The notes under the pieces are model-generated. The model ran no database searches, was not told where the DNA came from, and saw nothing but the letters and a program-made list of their open reading frames with translations. Position numbers and translations under genes: made by a program. A DNA stretch of 62,498 nucleotides from Chloroflexota bacterium (GTDB taxonomy: Bacteria; Chloroflexota; Dehalococcoidia; Dehalococcoidales; UBA2162), in the NCBI GenBank assembly GCA_016190895.1, contig JACPPR010000028.1, positions 1-62,498 on the forward strand, given 5' to 3'. The first letter of the stretch is position 1; each line of letters opens with the position of its first letter. Of the stretch, positions 1-9,705 are shown piece by piece.

Positions 1-377
1 CCGAGAAATTCTCTGGCTACGTCATGCTTAAGCAGCCTCTCTTTGTTCTTGGAAAAGACCGAGGCATCAAAGGGCGGATCGATGATATTCATATCCAGAA
101 ACCACTTGAAGAGAAGGTCATACTGCAGCCGCTCACAAAAATGCCGCTCGCTGCGTACCGAGTAAAGAGCAATCAAGAGGCATGCTTTCAGGAGATGCTC
201 CGGAGGTATCGATGGCCGCCCCGTCTCGGAGTACATCCGAGTGAATACAGCCGACAGCTCCAGTAGCGCCTTGTCCACCATCGGCTTGATCTGACGAATA
301 GGGTGATCTTCCGGAACCAGGTCGTTAGCCGTCACCAGACTCAGCATTGTCACCTGTGTGTCTCTCTTCCCCCGCAT
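1..377 (-). CDS. IS5/IS1182-type transposase, N-terminal part (runs off the window start)
   Basis: Manual translation from ATG at 377 (GGAGG RBS upstream) gives MRGKRDTQVTML...VPEDHPIRQIK...YSETGRPSIPPEHLLKACLLIALYSVRSERHFCERLQYDLLFKWFL...FDASVFSKNKERL, the DUF772-type N-terminus of IS5-family transposases. Not in the supplied ORF track. Confidence 0.9.
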   Translation of the reverse strand, partial: MRGKRDTQVTMLSLVTANDLVPEDHPIRQIKPMVDKALLELSAVFTRMYSETGRPSIPPEHLLKACLLIALYSVRSERHFCERLQYDLLFKWFLDMNIIDPPFDASVFSKNKERLLKHDVAREFL

Positions 378-463
378 CTTGGCCTCCGATTACTTCGTTG
401 GCCTTACTTTACCATAACACACAAGCTAAGTCAGCCACTTTCAGGGACTTTTTCAGCACCCTG
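1..463 (-). mobile_element. IS element left end; terminal inverted repeat CAGGGTGCTGAAAAAGTCCC (444-463, minus strand) next to CTAG (464-467)
   Basis: GCTGAAAAA-containing end upstream of the transposase, with a CTAG flank typical of IS5-family targets. Confidence 0.75.
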
Positions 464-546
464 CTAGTATAGCATAATTACAAACGATGTCCTTTAAGCA
501 TTTCCAGAACCGGTCTCTCTGGAAAGCTAATCACATCTCTTTTACC

Positions 547-575
547 TTGACCTGAGCTATAGTGTCAAGTATAAT
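547..575 (+). promoter_or_regulatory. sigma70-type promoter TTGACC-17-TATAAT, overlapped by a CTTGAC...GTCAAG inverted repeat
   Basis: Near-consensus hexamers with 17-bp spacer. Confidence 0.7.
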
Positions 576-689
576 CTAGGCAAAAACCAAGGCAAATTCC
601 CAGACGGGGGGAGGGCAAAAATATCAGCCAGAGATAAGGTTTACAAGTGTTTCGAGCTTATAGTATCGACGCCTGGCGGTTGGTAGGAC

Positions 690-846
690 AAATTCTAAAT
701 TCTAATAACGAAATACTAGACAAATTCCAAAAAACCCAAAGCTCGAATAACAAATAATGTCAAGTGGTAGAACTCAAATGTCCAATCAAACCCAAACTCC
801 AAATGATACGAAGAGATACTTTGCTTTAAGACATTTGGATTTCATT
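690..846. repeat. AT-rich ~7-nt-periodic palindromic repeat (family G), left part, two nested units
   Basis: CAAATTCTAAATTCTAA...CAAATGTCCAATCAAACCCAAACTCCAAATGA...CATTTGGATTTCATT resembles the intact copy at 47008-47121. Confidence 0.65.
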
Positions 847-863
847 CAGGAGGTCTGTGACAT

Positions 864-1940
864 ATGGCTACTTCTAAAAGGTTTGCCAGGCGAGTACTCC
901 CCAAGGCAGTAGTCAAGGTCATCGCGAGCGCGACTGGTTATTGGGTTTCGGCTCTCGGAAGTCCTGTCGTAGGTTTAGCAGGTGAATTAGCCACTGAGAA
1001 GCTACTGCGTTGGACTATAGGTCAGTTTTGTGATACTTATCGCGAGGCTGAGGGCACGATTTTCGAACGGGAGTTGGGAGGCAAAGACAAGCTGTCGTAC
1101 AATAGCGTTTCCCAGTTTTGGACATGGATAGAACGAGATGTTGCAGCGCTTAGTGGTAAAGAATTCAATCCAAGACATCCTCTCAGCTTCTGGGCTATCA
1201 TGGCGTTGTCAGAAAAAGAAAAACGTAAGTTCGCGATTCCGATAACAGTTACAGGTCTCTTGAGCCCCTACGGACCGCTTACACCAGCGCATCCCATGTC
1301 TAGACCAGGATACAGCATTCAAGGGTGGGTGAATCTAGGGGACTTGGGTGTTGAAGATACTGAAGAATACGATACGCGCGACGCCATAGTCTATGGAGAC
1401 CGAGTCTTGAGACTATCGCAACCTATGAGGGGCAAATACTACGCCGGCCTGTACGACGCGGAGTTCGGCATCTCGAACGTGGCGCTGCCTTTGTATATGG
1501 ACCAAAGCTGTCTGCGAGGAACTCTGAACGAGTTGTGGCAAAATGCAATGTCAGCAGGTGTATGGGCAAGGATTCGCGGAAATCTCATTGCTGTACCGAA
1601 CTTCTATGCGCTTATTGAGCAAACACCTGAGCTCTACAAGAAGCTTCCGAGTTTCGGGGTCGAGGTGACCAAGATAGAAAAGTGGTCGCAACCGATGGGC
1701 TACACCCATATCTCAGCGTCTGTAGCTTGGGAGAGAAGCGGTGAAAAAATGATGACGCACTATTTTAACGTCCAAGACCATGCGGAATTTGAACAGGCCG
1801 AGTCACTTCTGCAACAAGCCCGTGAAAAGAATTCGAGAGTGCTCCAATTCGACTATGACGATGAGAAATACCTTAGTGGAAGATGGAAGCGGAATCTGCC
1901 AAAATATAATGAGATGCTGGCATACCTACTTTCCAAGTGA
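864..1940 (+). CDS. hypothetical protein (358 aa), accessory orphan
   Basis: Long ORF with AGGAGG upstream; no recognised motif; codon usage differs from neighbouring genes. Confidence 0.75.
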   Translation: MATSKRFARRVLPKAVVKVIASATGYWVSALGSPVVGLAGELATEKLLRWTIGQFCDTYREAEGTIFERELGGKDKLSYNSVSQFWTWIERDVAALSGKEFNPRHPLSFWAIMALSEKEKRKFAIPITVTGLLSPYGPLTPAHPMSRPGYSIQGWVNLGDLGVEDTEEYDTRDAIVYGDRVLRLSQPMRGKYYAGLYDAEFGISNVALPLYMDQSCLRGTLNELWQNAMSAGVWARIRGNLIAVPNFYALIEQTPELYKKLPSFGVEVTKIEKWSQPMGYTHISASVAWERSGEKMMTHYFNVQDHAEFEQAESLLQQAREKNSRVLQFDYDDEKYLSGRWKRNLPKYNEMLAYLLSK

Positions 1941-1990
1941 GGGGGTAACGTCTGTTGGGCATCTCTTTAAGAGATTGCTAACTTTGAGCC

Positions 1991-2042
1991 GTCATTTTGA
2001 TTTTGACATCTGAACTTGTTTAGAATTTAGTGCTTTGGATTC
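1991..2042. repeat. family G repeat, right part
   Basis: GTCATTTTGATTTTGACATCTGAACTTGTTTAGAATTTAGTGCTT completes the units begun at 690-846. Confidence 0.6.
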
Positions 2043-2065
2043 AATAATATGAGGAGGCAATTATA

Positions 2066-2719
2066 ATGGAACTCTCTGATTTAGCTAACTTGATTACCAG
2101 CCGGCGCTCTATCCGAAACTGGCAGGATAAAGAAGTGCCTGAAGAATTACTGCTACAGGCTATCGAGCTGGCAACCTGGGCGCCTAGCGGTGGCAACCAG
2201 CAGAACTGGCGATTTTACATAATAAAAAATAAGACGATTCTCAAGGCTATTGGTGATGCGGTGCAAGCCAGCTCAGACCTGATTAGTTCCTGGCCTGAGG
2301 CCAAACTCCTTAGCAGTTCGGCCGGTGGCGGACAGCGCAGGGCAGGCTTCTTTCAGGCTGCCCCGGCGGCAATCGCCGTCGCTGCCGCCAAATACCAATC
2401 GCAGGTCGATTTGACTCTCGAGGCCAGAGAGAAAATCGACACCCAGGCCGCTGAAATGAGGCAATGGCGCAACATTGCCGATAGCCGAATCCAGTCCGTT
2501 GCCTCGGCGATTGCCCACATGCTTCTGGTTTTCCACCAGATGGGACTGGGCGCTGTCTGGATGACCGGACCGATGCAGGCAAAACGAGATATAGAGAAGT
2601 TGCTCAAAGTACCCGCTCATCTGGATGTTATCGCTTTCATACCGGTGGGCTATCCGGCTGAAACTCCGGTTTCCCGCGGGCGCAAACCGGTTGGAGAGGT
2701 TTCTGAAATCATCCGGTAG
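2066..2719 (+). CDS. nitroreductase family protein
   Basis: RRSIR, WAPSGGNQQNWRF, GLGAVW and IPVGYP motifs; GAGGAGG RBS. Confidence 0.92.
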   Translation: MELSDLANLITSRRSIRNWQDKEVPEELLLQAIELATWAPSGGNQQNWRFYIIKNKTILKAIGDAVQASSDLISSWPEAKLLSSSAGGGQRRAGFFQAAPAAIAVAAAKYQSQVDLTLEAREKIDTQAAEMRQWRNIADSRIQSVASAIAHMLLVFHQMGLGAVWMTGPMQAKRDIEKLLKVPAHLDVIAFIPVGYPAETPVSRGRKPVGEVSEIIR

Positions 2720-2798
2720 CACTGGGCTCTGTTTTTCACTTAGGTCTAACTGAATAGTTACCAGGAAAGTCTGCCGCAAAACTAGACAAATTACTTCA

Positions 2799-2895
2799 AA
2801 ATCCCCCTTAATCCCCCTTTACGAAAGGGGGATACCTGGAACAAAGAAGCGTGCTAGCAGGCATCTCCCTTTAACAAAGGGAGATTGAGGGATTT
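2799..2895. repeat. palindromic repeat family A (AATCCCYCTYAATCYCCCTTTnnnAAAGGGRGA, inverted pair)
   Basis: Related copies at 13651-13803, 20271-20369, 25898-25975 and 35163-35241. Confidence 0.9.
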
Positions 2896-2985
2896 AAGGC
2901 GTTTCTCGGCTGGTCACCAGATACCGATATGCGGTATAATTCCTTTTGAATTTTAAAATCGACCAAAGGGGTACTGCGAGCCGAT

Positions 2986-5115
2986 ATGCCTCAAAAGTTG
3001 CCGGGCAGCATAAGCCGGCTAGAAGAACTTGCTAATAACCTGTGGTGGAGCTGGCACGAAGACGCTCGCCGTCTGTTCCGTTCTCTGGATTACCCGCTCT
3101 GGAGACTGAGCGTGCATAACCCGGTCAAACTGCTGCGTGATGTGAGCAAAGAAACTCTCCTGAGCGCTGCCAGCGACCCCGCCTTTCTCGCCCAATATGA
3201 TGCCGTCTTGAAAGCCTTCGATGCCGAAATGTCGGCCCCACATAGCTTCCCTGCCCCTGCCAACCAGATAGGCAAAGAGGGGGTAATCGCCTACTTTTCT
3301 ATGGAGTTTGCCTTCCATAGCTCTTTGCCCATCTATGCCGGCGGACTGGGAATTCTGGCCGGCGATATTTGTAAAGAGGCCAGTGATATGGCTTTACCGA
3401 TGGTCGCTGTCGGTTTCATGTATCCGCAGGGATATTTCCACCAGCACATCTCTGCCGAAGGGTGGCAGGAAGAAATCTACCGTCAGCTCGATTTCGATGA
3501 GGCGCCGATAACCCGGGTGCTCAGTCCCGAAGGCAACCATGCTATAGCCGAAGTGCAGATGGGTGATGTCACTCTGAGTCTCGGCGCCTGGCAGGTTCGG
3601 ATAGGCCACACGAACGTTTACTTGCTGGATACCAACCTGGATGGCAATCCTGAGCAGTACCGGCAGTTATCGGCGCGTCTCTACGTCGCCGACCGTGAGC
3701 AGAGGCTAAAACAGGAGATTATTCTCGGTATCGGCGGAGTGCGGGTTCTGAGGGCGCTCAATATTAATCCGACAATCTGGCATGCTAATGAAGGCCATAC
3801 CGCTTTTATGATGCTGGAACGCATCAGAGAGAAAATCGCTAAAGGGGCCAGTTTTGCCGAAGCCCTGGGGATGGTAAAACAGACGACGGTGTTTACAACG
3901 CACACGCCCGTGATGGCCGGTCACGATGTCTTCTCGGTCCAGACAATGGAGAAATACTTCAGCGAGTATATGAAATCTCCCGGGATTAGCCAGGAAGCGT
4001 TTTTCAAACTCGGCAGGCAAGACACTTCTTCCACTCAATCTTTCAATATGACAGCGTTTGCTCTAAGAGCGGCGAATCACAGCTGCGCCGTGAGCGAACC
4101 CCACCAGACGGTCACCAGAAAGATGTGGCGGGGAATCTGGCCCGATGTTCCTGAGGACGAATTGCCAATTTCCCATGTAACTAACGGTATCCACGTCTCT
4201 TCCTGGATTGCACCGGAACTCTATCACCTCTATCAAAAGTATCTCGGTGATGATTGGATAACGAAACATGATGACAACGCATTGTGGGAACGCGTTCTGG
4301 CTATCCCGAACAGTGAATTCTGGGCGATACACCAAAGTCTGAAGCGTAAACTCATCAGCGCTATGCGTGAGACCGGACGAACGCGCTGGGTAGATGATAA
4401 TATCGGACTGAGACAGGTATTGGCCAGCGGCGCTCTCCTTCAGACCGAATGTCTGACTATCGGATTCGCCCGCCGTTTTACCGAGTATAAAAGGCCGATG
4501 TTACTCTTCCATGACATCGAACGGCTCAAGCGTATCATCAACAGCCCGTGGCAACCCGTTCAGATAATCTTCGCCGGTAAATCCCATCCGAATGATTTCG
4601 CTTCCAAGCAACTCCTCCAGCAGGTTTACAATATAGCGATGGGCCGCGATTTTCAGGGACGCATCGCTTTTGCTGAAGATTATGATATGCATATTGCCCG
4701 CTACCTGATTCAGGGCGTAGATGTCTGGCTAAATAACCCGCGCTTGCTTCAGGAAGCCAGCGGCACCAGCGGTATGAAAGCATCGATAAACGGGGTGCCT
4801 CATCTGAGCATTCCTGACGGATGGTGGCGGGAGGGCTACAATGGCGCCAACGGCTGGTCTATTTCGAGTGATTTTGGACCGCCCAGCCCGGGGGCTGAAG
4901 ATGAGACGGACTCTAAGTCCCTCTACCGTATCCTTGAAGATGAAGTCGTCCCTCTCTTCTATAAGCGGGACCGTAACGGAGTACCGCATGGCTGGATTCG
5001 GGTGGCTAAAGAAGCAATCCGCTCAACGGCGCCCTTTTTCTCTGCCAGACGCATGCTTAAGGAGTATGTGAACAAGATGTACCTGGCATCTACGGAGCGG
5101 CCGGTACGAGTCTGA
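2986..5115 (+). CDS. glgP: alpha-glucan (glycogen/maltodextrin) phosphorylase
   Basis: LANNLWWSW, YFSMEF, GGLGILAGD, HANEGH, FTTHTP, FARRFTEYKR and EASGTSGMKA (PLP lysine). Confidence 0.96.
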   Translation: MPQKLPGSISRLEELANNLWWSWHEDARRLFRSLDYPLWRLSVHNPVKLLRDVSKETLLSAASDPAFLAQYDAVLKAFDAEMSAPHSFPAPANQIGKEGVIAYFSMEFAFHSSLPIYAGGLGILAGDICKEASDMALPMVAVGFMYPQGYFHQHISAEGWQEEIYRQLDFDEAPITRVLSPEGNHAIAEVQMGDVTLSLGAWQVRIGHTNVYLLDTNLDGNPEQYRQLSARLYVADREQRLKQEIILGIGGVRVLRALNINPTIWHANEGHTAFMMLERIREKIAKGASFAEALGMVKQTTVFTTHTPVMAGHDVFSVQTMEKYFSEYMKSPGISQEAFFKLGRQDTSSTQSFNMTAFALRAANHSCAVSEPHQTVTRKMWRGIWPDVPEDELPISHVTNGIHVSSWIAPELYHLYQKYLGDDWITKHDDNALWERVLAIPNSEFWAIHQSLKRKLISAMRETGRTRWVDDNIGLRQVLASGALLQTECLTIGFARRFTEYKRPMLLFHDIERLKRIINSPWQPVQIIFAGKSHPNDFASKQLLQQVYNIAMGRDFQGRIAFAEDYDMHIARYLIQGVDVWLNNPRLLQEASGTSGMKASINGVPHLSIPDGWWREGYNGANGWSISSDFGPPSPGAEDETDSKSLYRILEDEVVPLFYKRDRNGVPHGWIRVAKEAIRSTAPFFSARRMLKEYVNKMYLASTERPVRV

Positions 5116-5144
5116 AGCGTTTCGTGTTTCTGATTTGAAAATAG

Positions 5145-7076
5145 TTACTCGTGTTCTCTACTCTTGAAGATGACTACCGCCAGCGGCGGTATCGTAATTT
5201 CAAGAGAGTAAGAACGGCCGTGCATCGGCGTTGCGGACGCGGTTAGACTCATCGGGTTATCTTGACCGCTGCCCCCGTATTCTATGGCATCGCTATTCAG
5301 CAAGTTTTTCCAGAGACCGCCGCGCGGCACGCCTACGCGGTAATTAAAATAGGTCATCGGCGTAAAGTTGCAGACGATGCTTAAGAGGTCATCTGCCGAT
5401 TTGCCTTTACGAACATAGCTGATGATACTCTGCGAAGCGTTGTTAACATCTATCCATTCAAAGCCGGCCGGGTCGCAATCGAACTGATAAAGGGCAGGCT
5501 CGCTCCGGTACAGGCTATTCAGAGCTTGCACCCATCTCTGGATTTCGGCGTGCCGCCCGTAGTTAAGCAGGTGCCAGTCAAGGCTGGTATCATGACACCA
5601 TTCATTCCACTGGGCCAGTTCGGCGCCCATAAAGAGCAGCTTTTTCCCCGGTTGAGAATACATATAGCCTAGCAGTAATCTCAAGTTAGCGAATTTCTGC
5701 CAGTCATCCCCGGGCATTTTCCCGATGAGTGAGCCTTTGCCATGGACAACCTCATCATGAGAAAGAGGCAAGATAAAGTTTTCCGTGAAAGCGTATATCA
5801 TACGAAAGGTCATGTCATAATGATGATATTTCCTGTATATCGGGTCCCGGGACATATACAGCAGCGTATCATGCATCCAGCCCATATCCCATTTCAGACC
5901 GAATCCCAGCCCCCCCGCCGATGTCGGGCGCGAAACAGCCGGCCAGGCTGTCGATTCCTCGGCAATCATCTGGATTCCGGGATAGTTTAGATAAGTTGCC
6001 TCGTCAAGCCTTTTCAAAAAGGCAATCGCTTCAAGGTTTTCTCTACCGCCATACTTATTGGGAACCCATTCGCCTTCCTGGCGCGAATAGTCGAGATAGA
6101 GCATAGAAGCAACGGCATCCACGCGTAAGCCATCGGCATGATACTTATCCAGCCAGAAGAGGGCACTACTGATAAGGAAACTCGGCACTTCAGCCCGTCC
6201 GTAATTGAAGACGAAGCTTTTCCAGTCCGGGTGAAAGCCTTTGCGAGGGTCGTCATGCTCATAGAGGTGAGTGCCATCGAAGAAACCCAGTCCATGCTCA
6301 TCGGTGGGGAAATGCGAGGGCACCCAGTCCAGAAATACCCCGATACCATTCTGGTGCAAGCGGTCTATCAAATACATCAAATCCTGGGGAGTGCCATAGC
6401 GGCTGGTAGCGGCAAAGTATCCAGTAGTTTGATATCCCCACGAGCCTGTGAAAGGGTGCGCCATAAGCGGTAGAAACTCGACATGGGTAAAGCCCATTTT
6501 ATGGATATAATCGGGTAACTGTTCGGCGAGTTCACGGTAGCTGAGCGGACGGTTGTCTTCCTCCGGGACACGCCGCCAGGAGCCCGGGTGCAGTTCATAA
6601 ATAGATATCGGCACATCATATCTGACAGCTTCACCACGCCTTCTCATCCAGGCCTGGTCTCCCCAGGCATATTTTGTGTCCCAGATAATGGAGGCAGTCT
6701 TAGGTGGAGCCTCGCTGCGGAAGGCGAAAGGGTCGGCTTTATCTACCTCGTAGTTATTATGACTGGAAACGATATGATATTTATAAAGGCTGCCCAGACC
6801 CGCTTCAGGAACAAAACCCTCCCACATCCCCGATTGTCCCCGGGGATGCAAGAGGTGACTTTCTTTGTTCCAGCCGTTAAAATCCCCGATGACGGAAACC
6901 TGACGGGCGTTCGGCGCCCACACGGCAAAATAAGTCCCGCTCAAACCACTTACCGATAAGGGATGAGCGCCTAGCTTCTCATAGAGGCGAAAGTGAGAGC
7001 CTTCATTGAAAAGGTAGAGGTCGTCTTCTGTCAGCAGGCTCACTACTTCTAGCTCTGTTTTTTGGTTTCGGCTCAA
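5145..7076 (-). CDS. glgB: 1,4-alpha-glucan branching enzyme
   Basis: [44 protein letters not shown] and SHDEVVHGK. Confidence 0.97.
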   Translation of the reverse strand: MSRNQKTELEVVSLLTEDDLYLFNEGSHFRLYEKLGAHPLSVSGLSGTYFAVWAPNARQVSVIGDFNGWNKESHLLHPRGQSGMWEGFVPEAGLGSLYKYHIVSSHNNYEVDKADPFAFRSEAPPKTASIIWDTKYAWGDQAWMRRRGEAVRYDVPISIYELHPGSWRRVPEEDNRPLSYRELAEQLPDYIHKMGFTHVEFLPLMAHPFTGSWGYQTTGYFAATSRYGTPQDLMYLIDRLHQNGIGVFLDWVPSHFPTDEHGLGFFDGTHLYEHDDPRKGFHPDWKSFVFNYGRAEVPSFLISSALFWLDKYHADGLRVDAVASMLYLDYSRQEGEWVPNKYGGRENLEAIAFLKRLDEATYLNYPGIQMIAEESTAWPAVSRPTSAGGLGFGLKWDMGWMHDTLLYMSRDPIYRKYHHYDMTFRMIYAFTENFILPLSHDEVVHGKGSLIGKMPGDDWQKFANLRLLLGYMYSQPGKKLLFMGAELAQWNEWCHDTSLDWHLLNYGRHAEIQRWVQALNSLYRSEPALYQFDCDPAGFEWIDVNNASQSIISYVRKGKSADDLLSIVCNFTPMTYFNYRVGVPRGGLWKNLLNSDAIEYGGSGQDNPMSLTASATPMHGRSYSLEITIPPLAVVIFKSREHE

Positions 7077-7132
7077 TCTATCCAGTCCTTCTTTTCATTC
7101 TCTTAACCAGGTTGTTTACCAATAACCTTTCA

Positions 7133-7215
7133 CCATTCCGTGCTTGACACGGAATCCAGAAAACCAGCCTCTGCTCCTGGCTTATGATTCTGGATACCGA
7201 CTTTCGTCGGTATGG
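7133..7215. repeat. palindromic repeat family D (CCATTCCGTGCTTGACACGGAATCCAG...CTGGATACCGACTTTCGTCGGTATGG)
   Basis: Near-identical copies at 49247-49326 and 60479-60584; half copy at 29688-29713. Confidence 0.9.
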
Positions 7216-7243
7216 CGTAAAACTACTAAACATTCTCTGAACG

Positions 7244-9424
7244 TTACCTGACACGCTGGCGCAATTCATTAACAGTCCATAGTATATCAAGTACCTGATA
7301 CATCTGATAAAATTCTTCAAGTGGCGATTGAGCCTTGTGTTGCCAGTTCGGGTATTCCGTGCTGGTGCTGGGCACATTCTGGGGCCGGGTCTCCAGCCAC
7401 AGGTCTTCCAGATTAACCAGGACTATCCGCGTCGGGCTGGCAGCCAGAAAAGCCAGACAGGCTTTAATGATGGCCGGCAGATTATCCTCGGTGTCCTTAA
7501 GCCAGCCTTCGTTTTTTAGAAAGGTGGTGACTACCATTTTCATGTTCGGCAGGGAATCTCTTTCCCGCTGCGCCCCCGGCCCGTCCAGGAGGCCTAGCTT
7601 AAGCCGCTCTTCGATATCCAGACCCTGCCAGAAAGAAGCGAAGGGAGGCATATCGTGCGTATTGAGGCTGGCGACCGAATCGGCAGGCACCGGATGGATA
7701 CCACTTCGAATGTCCTCTGCCAGCTCATAACGCAGAACATACATACGCTGGAGACCGTGTTTTTTCATCGCCGGTCTGACATAGCCCGGCACGTTACCCA
7801 AATCCTCACCGACAATCATAGCCCGGTGACGCTGCGATTCGAGAGCCAGAATAGCATAGTATTCCTCGGCCCGGTAGCGCAGGTAGACTCCCTGTGTAGA
7901 ATCGATACCATCAGGAATGCAATAAAGGCGGTGAAAACCCATTACATGGTCGATGCGAAGAGCGCCGGCATATTCGAGATGATGACGGAGACAGGCGATT
8001 AAATACCGATAGCCCTGTTCTCTGATTTTTTGCGGGTGCAGCAGAGGAAATCCCCAGTGCTGTCCTCTGGTAAAGACGGTATCGGGTGGCGCACCAGTCT
8101 GAGCATTATGAATAAAGATATCGTTTTGTCGCCAAACGTCATAGCCGTCAGGATGAACGCCCAGAGGAAAATCCAGGTATAACTGAAGCCCTTTCTCTCT
8201 GGCTGTTTTCGAAACGGCCTCCATCTGCTGGTGGGCAAGCCATTGCACATAGAGGTGATAACGCCGGCTCTCCTCGTCGAAATCGCCTTCCTTGATGACG
8301 CCATCCCTGAGTGGCTGAGGCCACGACCGCCAGGAGCAACCCTGTTTTTCGCGGACAGCCCGGAAGCCGGCGTAGTCATCAACCCCGGGGTGTGTCTCGG
8401 TAAATCGCCACAGGTCTTCCAATCGCCGTGATTCATTACTGAAGAAGTGCCGGCTTAGTTCTTCCAGAGCTTGCCTTTTCAGAGCCGTCGTACCCAGGTA
8501 GTCTACCAGAGACATGGCTCGCTGCGCATTTATTCGCTCTTGAAACGATGGTGTTGAGATGAGCCTCTGCGCCGGAGGACAGCCCGCTAGCTCCGGAATC
8601 CTGTTTATATCCAGGTAAAACTCGTTCCATAGCAGACGGCTCACCGGCAGATAGGGACTGATGCTAGCGTCTCCATCCAGAAAGGTAGCGAGCAGAGGTA
8701 AGGTGGCAACAACCCGCCCCCCCAGACTCCCCGCCCAGAGCATCATCTCTTCCAGCCCGGAAAAATCGCCGCTGCCCCAGTCTCTTGCAGTGCGCAGGGC
8801 ATACAAGGGTAGAAAAGCGCCCCACATCCGGCTGTCTGTCTCCCCTTCTGGCAGGTAAGCCTCAGTGGGCGCAGAGATGACAAGGCTGCCATCAGAGCCT
8901 GCCCTGAGCACGTTCGCTTCGCTCAGTGTAAACTTCGCCGAAGGGATGCCCGGCAATTCCAGGGTCAGCCGGTGATAGCCCCAGGGTAACTTTCCAGGCA
9001 AGGTCAGGCGTTTGAGCACGTATTCCATTCCCTGTGTTTCCGCCGTCCGGAGTATGATGCCATCGGTATCAGACCACCTGCCCCGCCGTTCCTCGCCGTT
9101 CTCCAGTTTCAGATGATAATCTAAAGCAGCTCCGGCAGCGCTGGCTGGGAGACGAATTTCCACTCTGGCCGGCCGTTTATCCCAGGCAATGATTACAGGC
9201 TCCAACGGACGCCGCCAAATGGCTTGTGATTTCTCACGTAATGCCGAAGGGACATCCCTGAGAGTCTTAATCGGAGCCTCCAATGAGCGCAGCATCGACA
9301 TCAAAGATTCTGTGGAAGCCCGCTGCCGCCGGTGATGAAAGACATCGTAATATGACATCTGAATGCCGTAGAGACGGCTTAACTCGTAAAGAGAATGAAC
9401 TTGAGAAGCATAAGTATTAGACAA
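7244..9424 (-). CDS. malQ: 4-alpha-glucanotransferase (amylomaltase), long form, containing an in-frame repeat insertion
   Basis: LYALR, SPYLP, YLDFPLG, GAPPD, LRIDHVMG, GEDLG, THDMP and NVP..YPNW; TTG start. Confidence 0.95.
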   Translation of the reverse strand: MSNTYASQVHSLYELSRLYGIQMSYYDVFHHRRQRASTESLMSMLRSLEAPIKTLRDVPSALREKSQAIWRRPLEPVIIAWDKRPARVEIRLPASAAGAALDYHLKLENGEERRGRWSDTDGIILRTAETQGMEYVLKRLTLPGKLPWGYHRLTLELPGIPSAKFTLSEANVLRAGSDGSLVISAPTEAYLPEGETDSRMWGAFLPLYALRTARDWGSGDFSGLEEMMLWAGSLGGRVVATLPLLATFLDGDASISPYLPVSRLLWNEFYLDINRIPELAGCPPAQRLISTPSFQERINAQRAMSLVDYLGTTALKRQALEELSRHFFSNESRRLEDLWRFTETHPGVDDYAGFRAVREKQGCSWRSWPQPLRDGVIKEGDFDEESRRYHLYVQWLAHQQMEAVSKTAREKGLQLYLDFPLGVHPDGYDVWRQNDIFIHNAQTGAPPDTVFTRGQHWGFPLLHPQKIREQGYRYLIACLRHHLEYAGALRIDHVMGFHRLYCIPDGIDSTQGVYLRYRAEEYYAILALESQRHRAMIVGEDLGNVPGYVRPAMKKHGLQRMYVLRYELAEDIRSGIHPVPADSVASLNTHDMPPFASFWQGLDIEERLKLGLLDGPGAQRERDSLPNMKMVVTTFLKNEGWLKDTEDNLPAIIKACLAFLAASPTRIVLVNLEDLWLETRPQNVPSTSTEYPNWQHKAQSPLEEFYQMYQVLDILWTVNELRQRVR
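8897..8945 (-). repeat. CCCTTCG..CTCAGGGCAGGC-type repeat carrying a GTTTACACTGAGCGAAGCGAA insert, inside the malQ reading frame
   Basis: Insert matches intergenic copies at 21003-21030 and 58248-58274; encodes PSAKFTLSEANVLRAG. Confidence 0.85.
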
Positions 9425-9462
9425 CGCCTAAAACCTGCAAGATGCCACGCATGAATAAATAC

Positions 9463-9471
9463 ATTATAGCA
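9463..9471 (-). promoter_or_regulatory. extended -10 (TGCTATAAT) upstream of malQ-glgB
   Basis: TGnTATAAT about 40 nt upstream of the malQ start. Confidence 0.5.
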
Positions 9472-9510
9472 TAGCGCCTTCGGTCTCATTTGGTAGTCTA
9501 TTACAAGACG

Positions 9511-9539
9511 TTGACAAAGCCTCCCAAGAATAGTATACT
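9511..9539 (+). promoter_or_regulatory. sigma70-type promoter TTGACA-17-TATACT for the solute-binding protein gene
   Basis: Consensus -35, 17-bp spacer, near-consensus -10. Confidence 0.7.
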
Positions 9540-9705
9540 CTCCGCAATCATGTAGCTATTGTTACAATATTGACTTTGCTCCATTCGGAGGATATTCGAT
9601 GAACAAGAGTATTAGCGCTGGCTGTATTTCGATATACGGATTGCTGATGCCCTTTTGAGTTATTGCAAAAGAATAGGAATCGTAAATCGACGGAGGAAAA
9701 GGCAA

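Noticed and set aside
24-266. 80-aa plus-strand ORF
   Set aside because: Shadow of the minus-strand transposase.
1941-1990. attC-like TAAC...GTTGGGC after the orphan gene
   Set aside because: The boxes are only a few nt apart, there is no proper attC stem, and no integron integrase is present.
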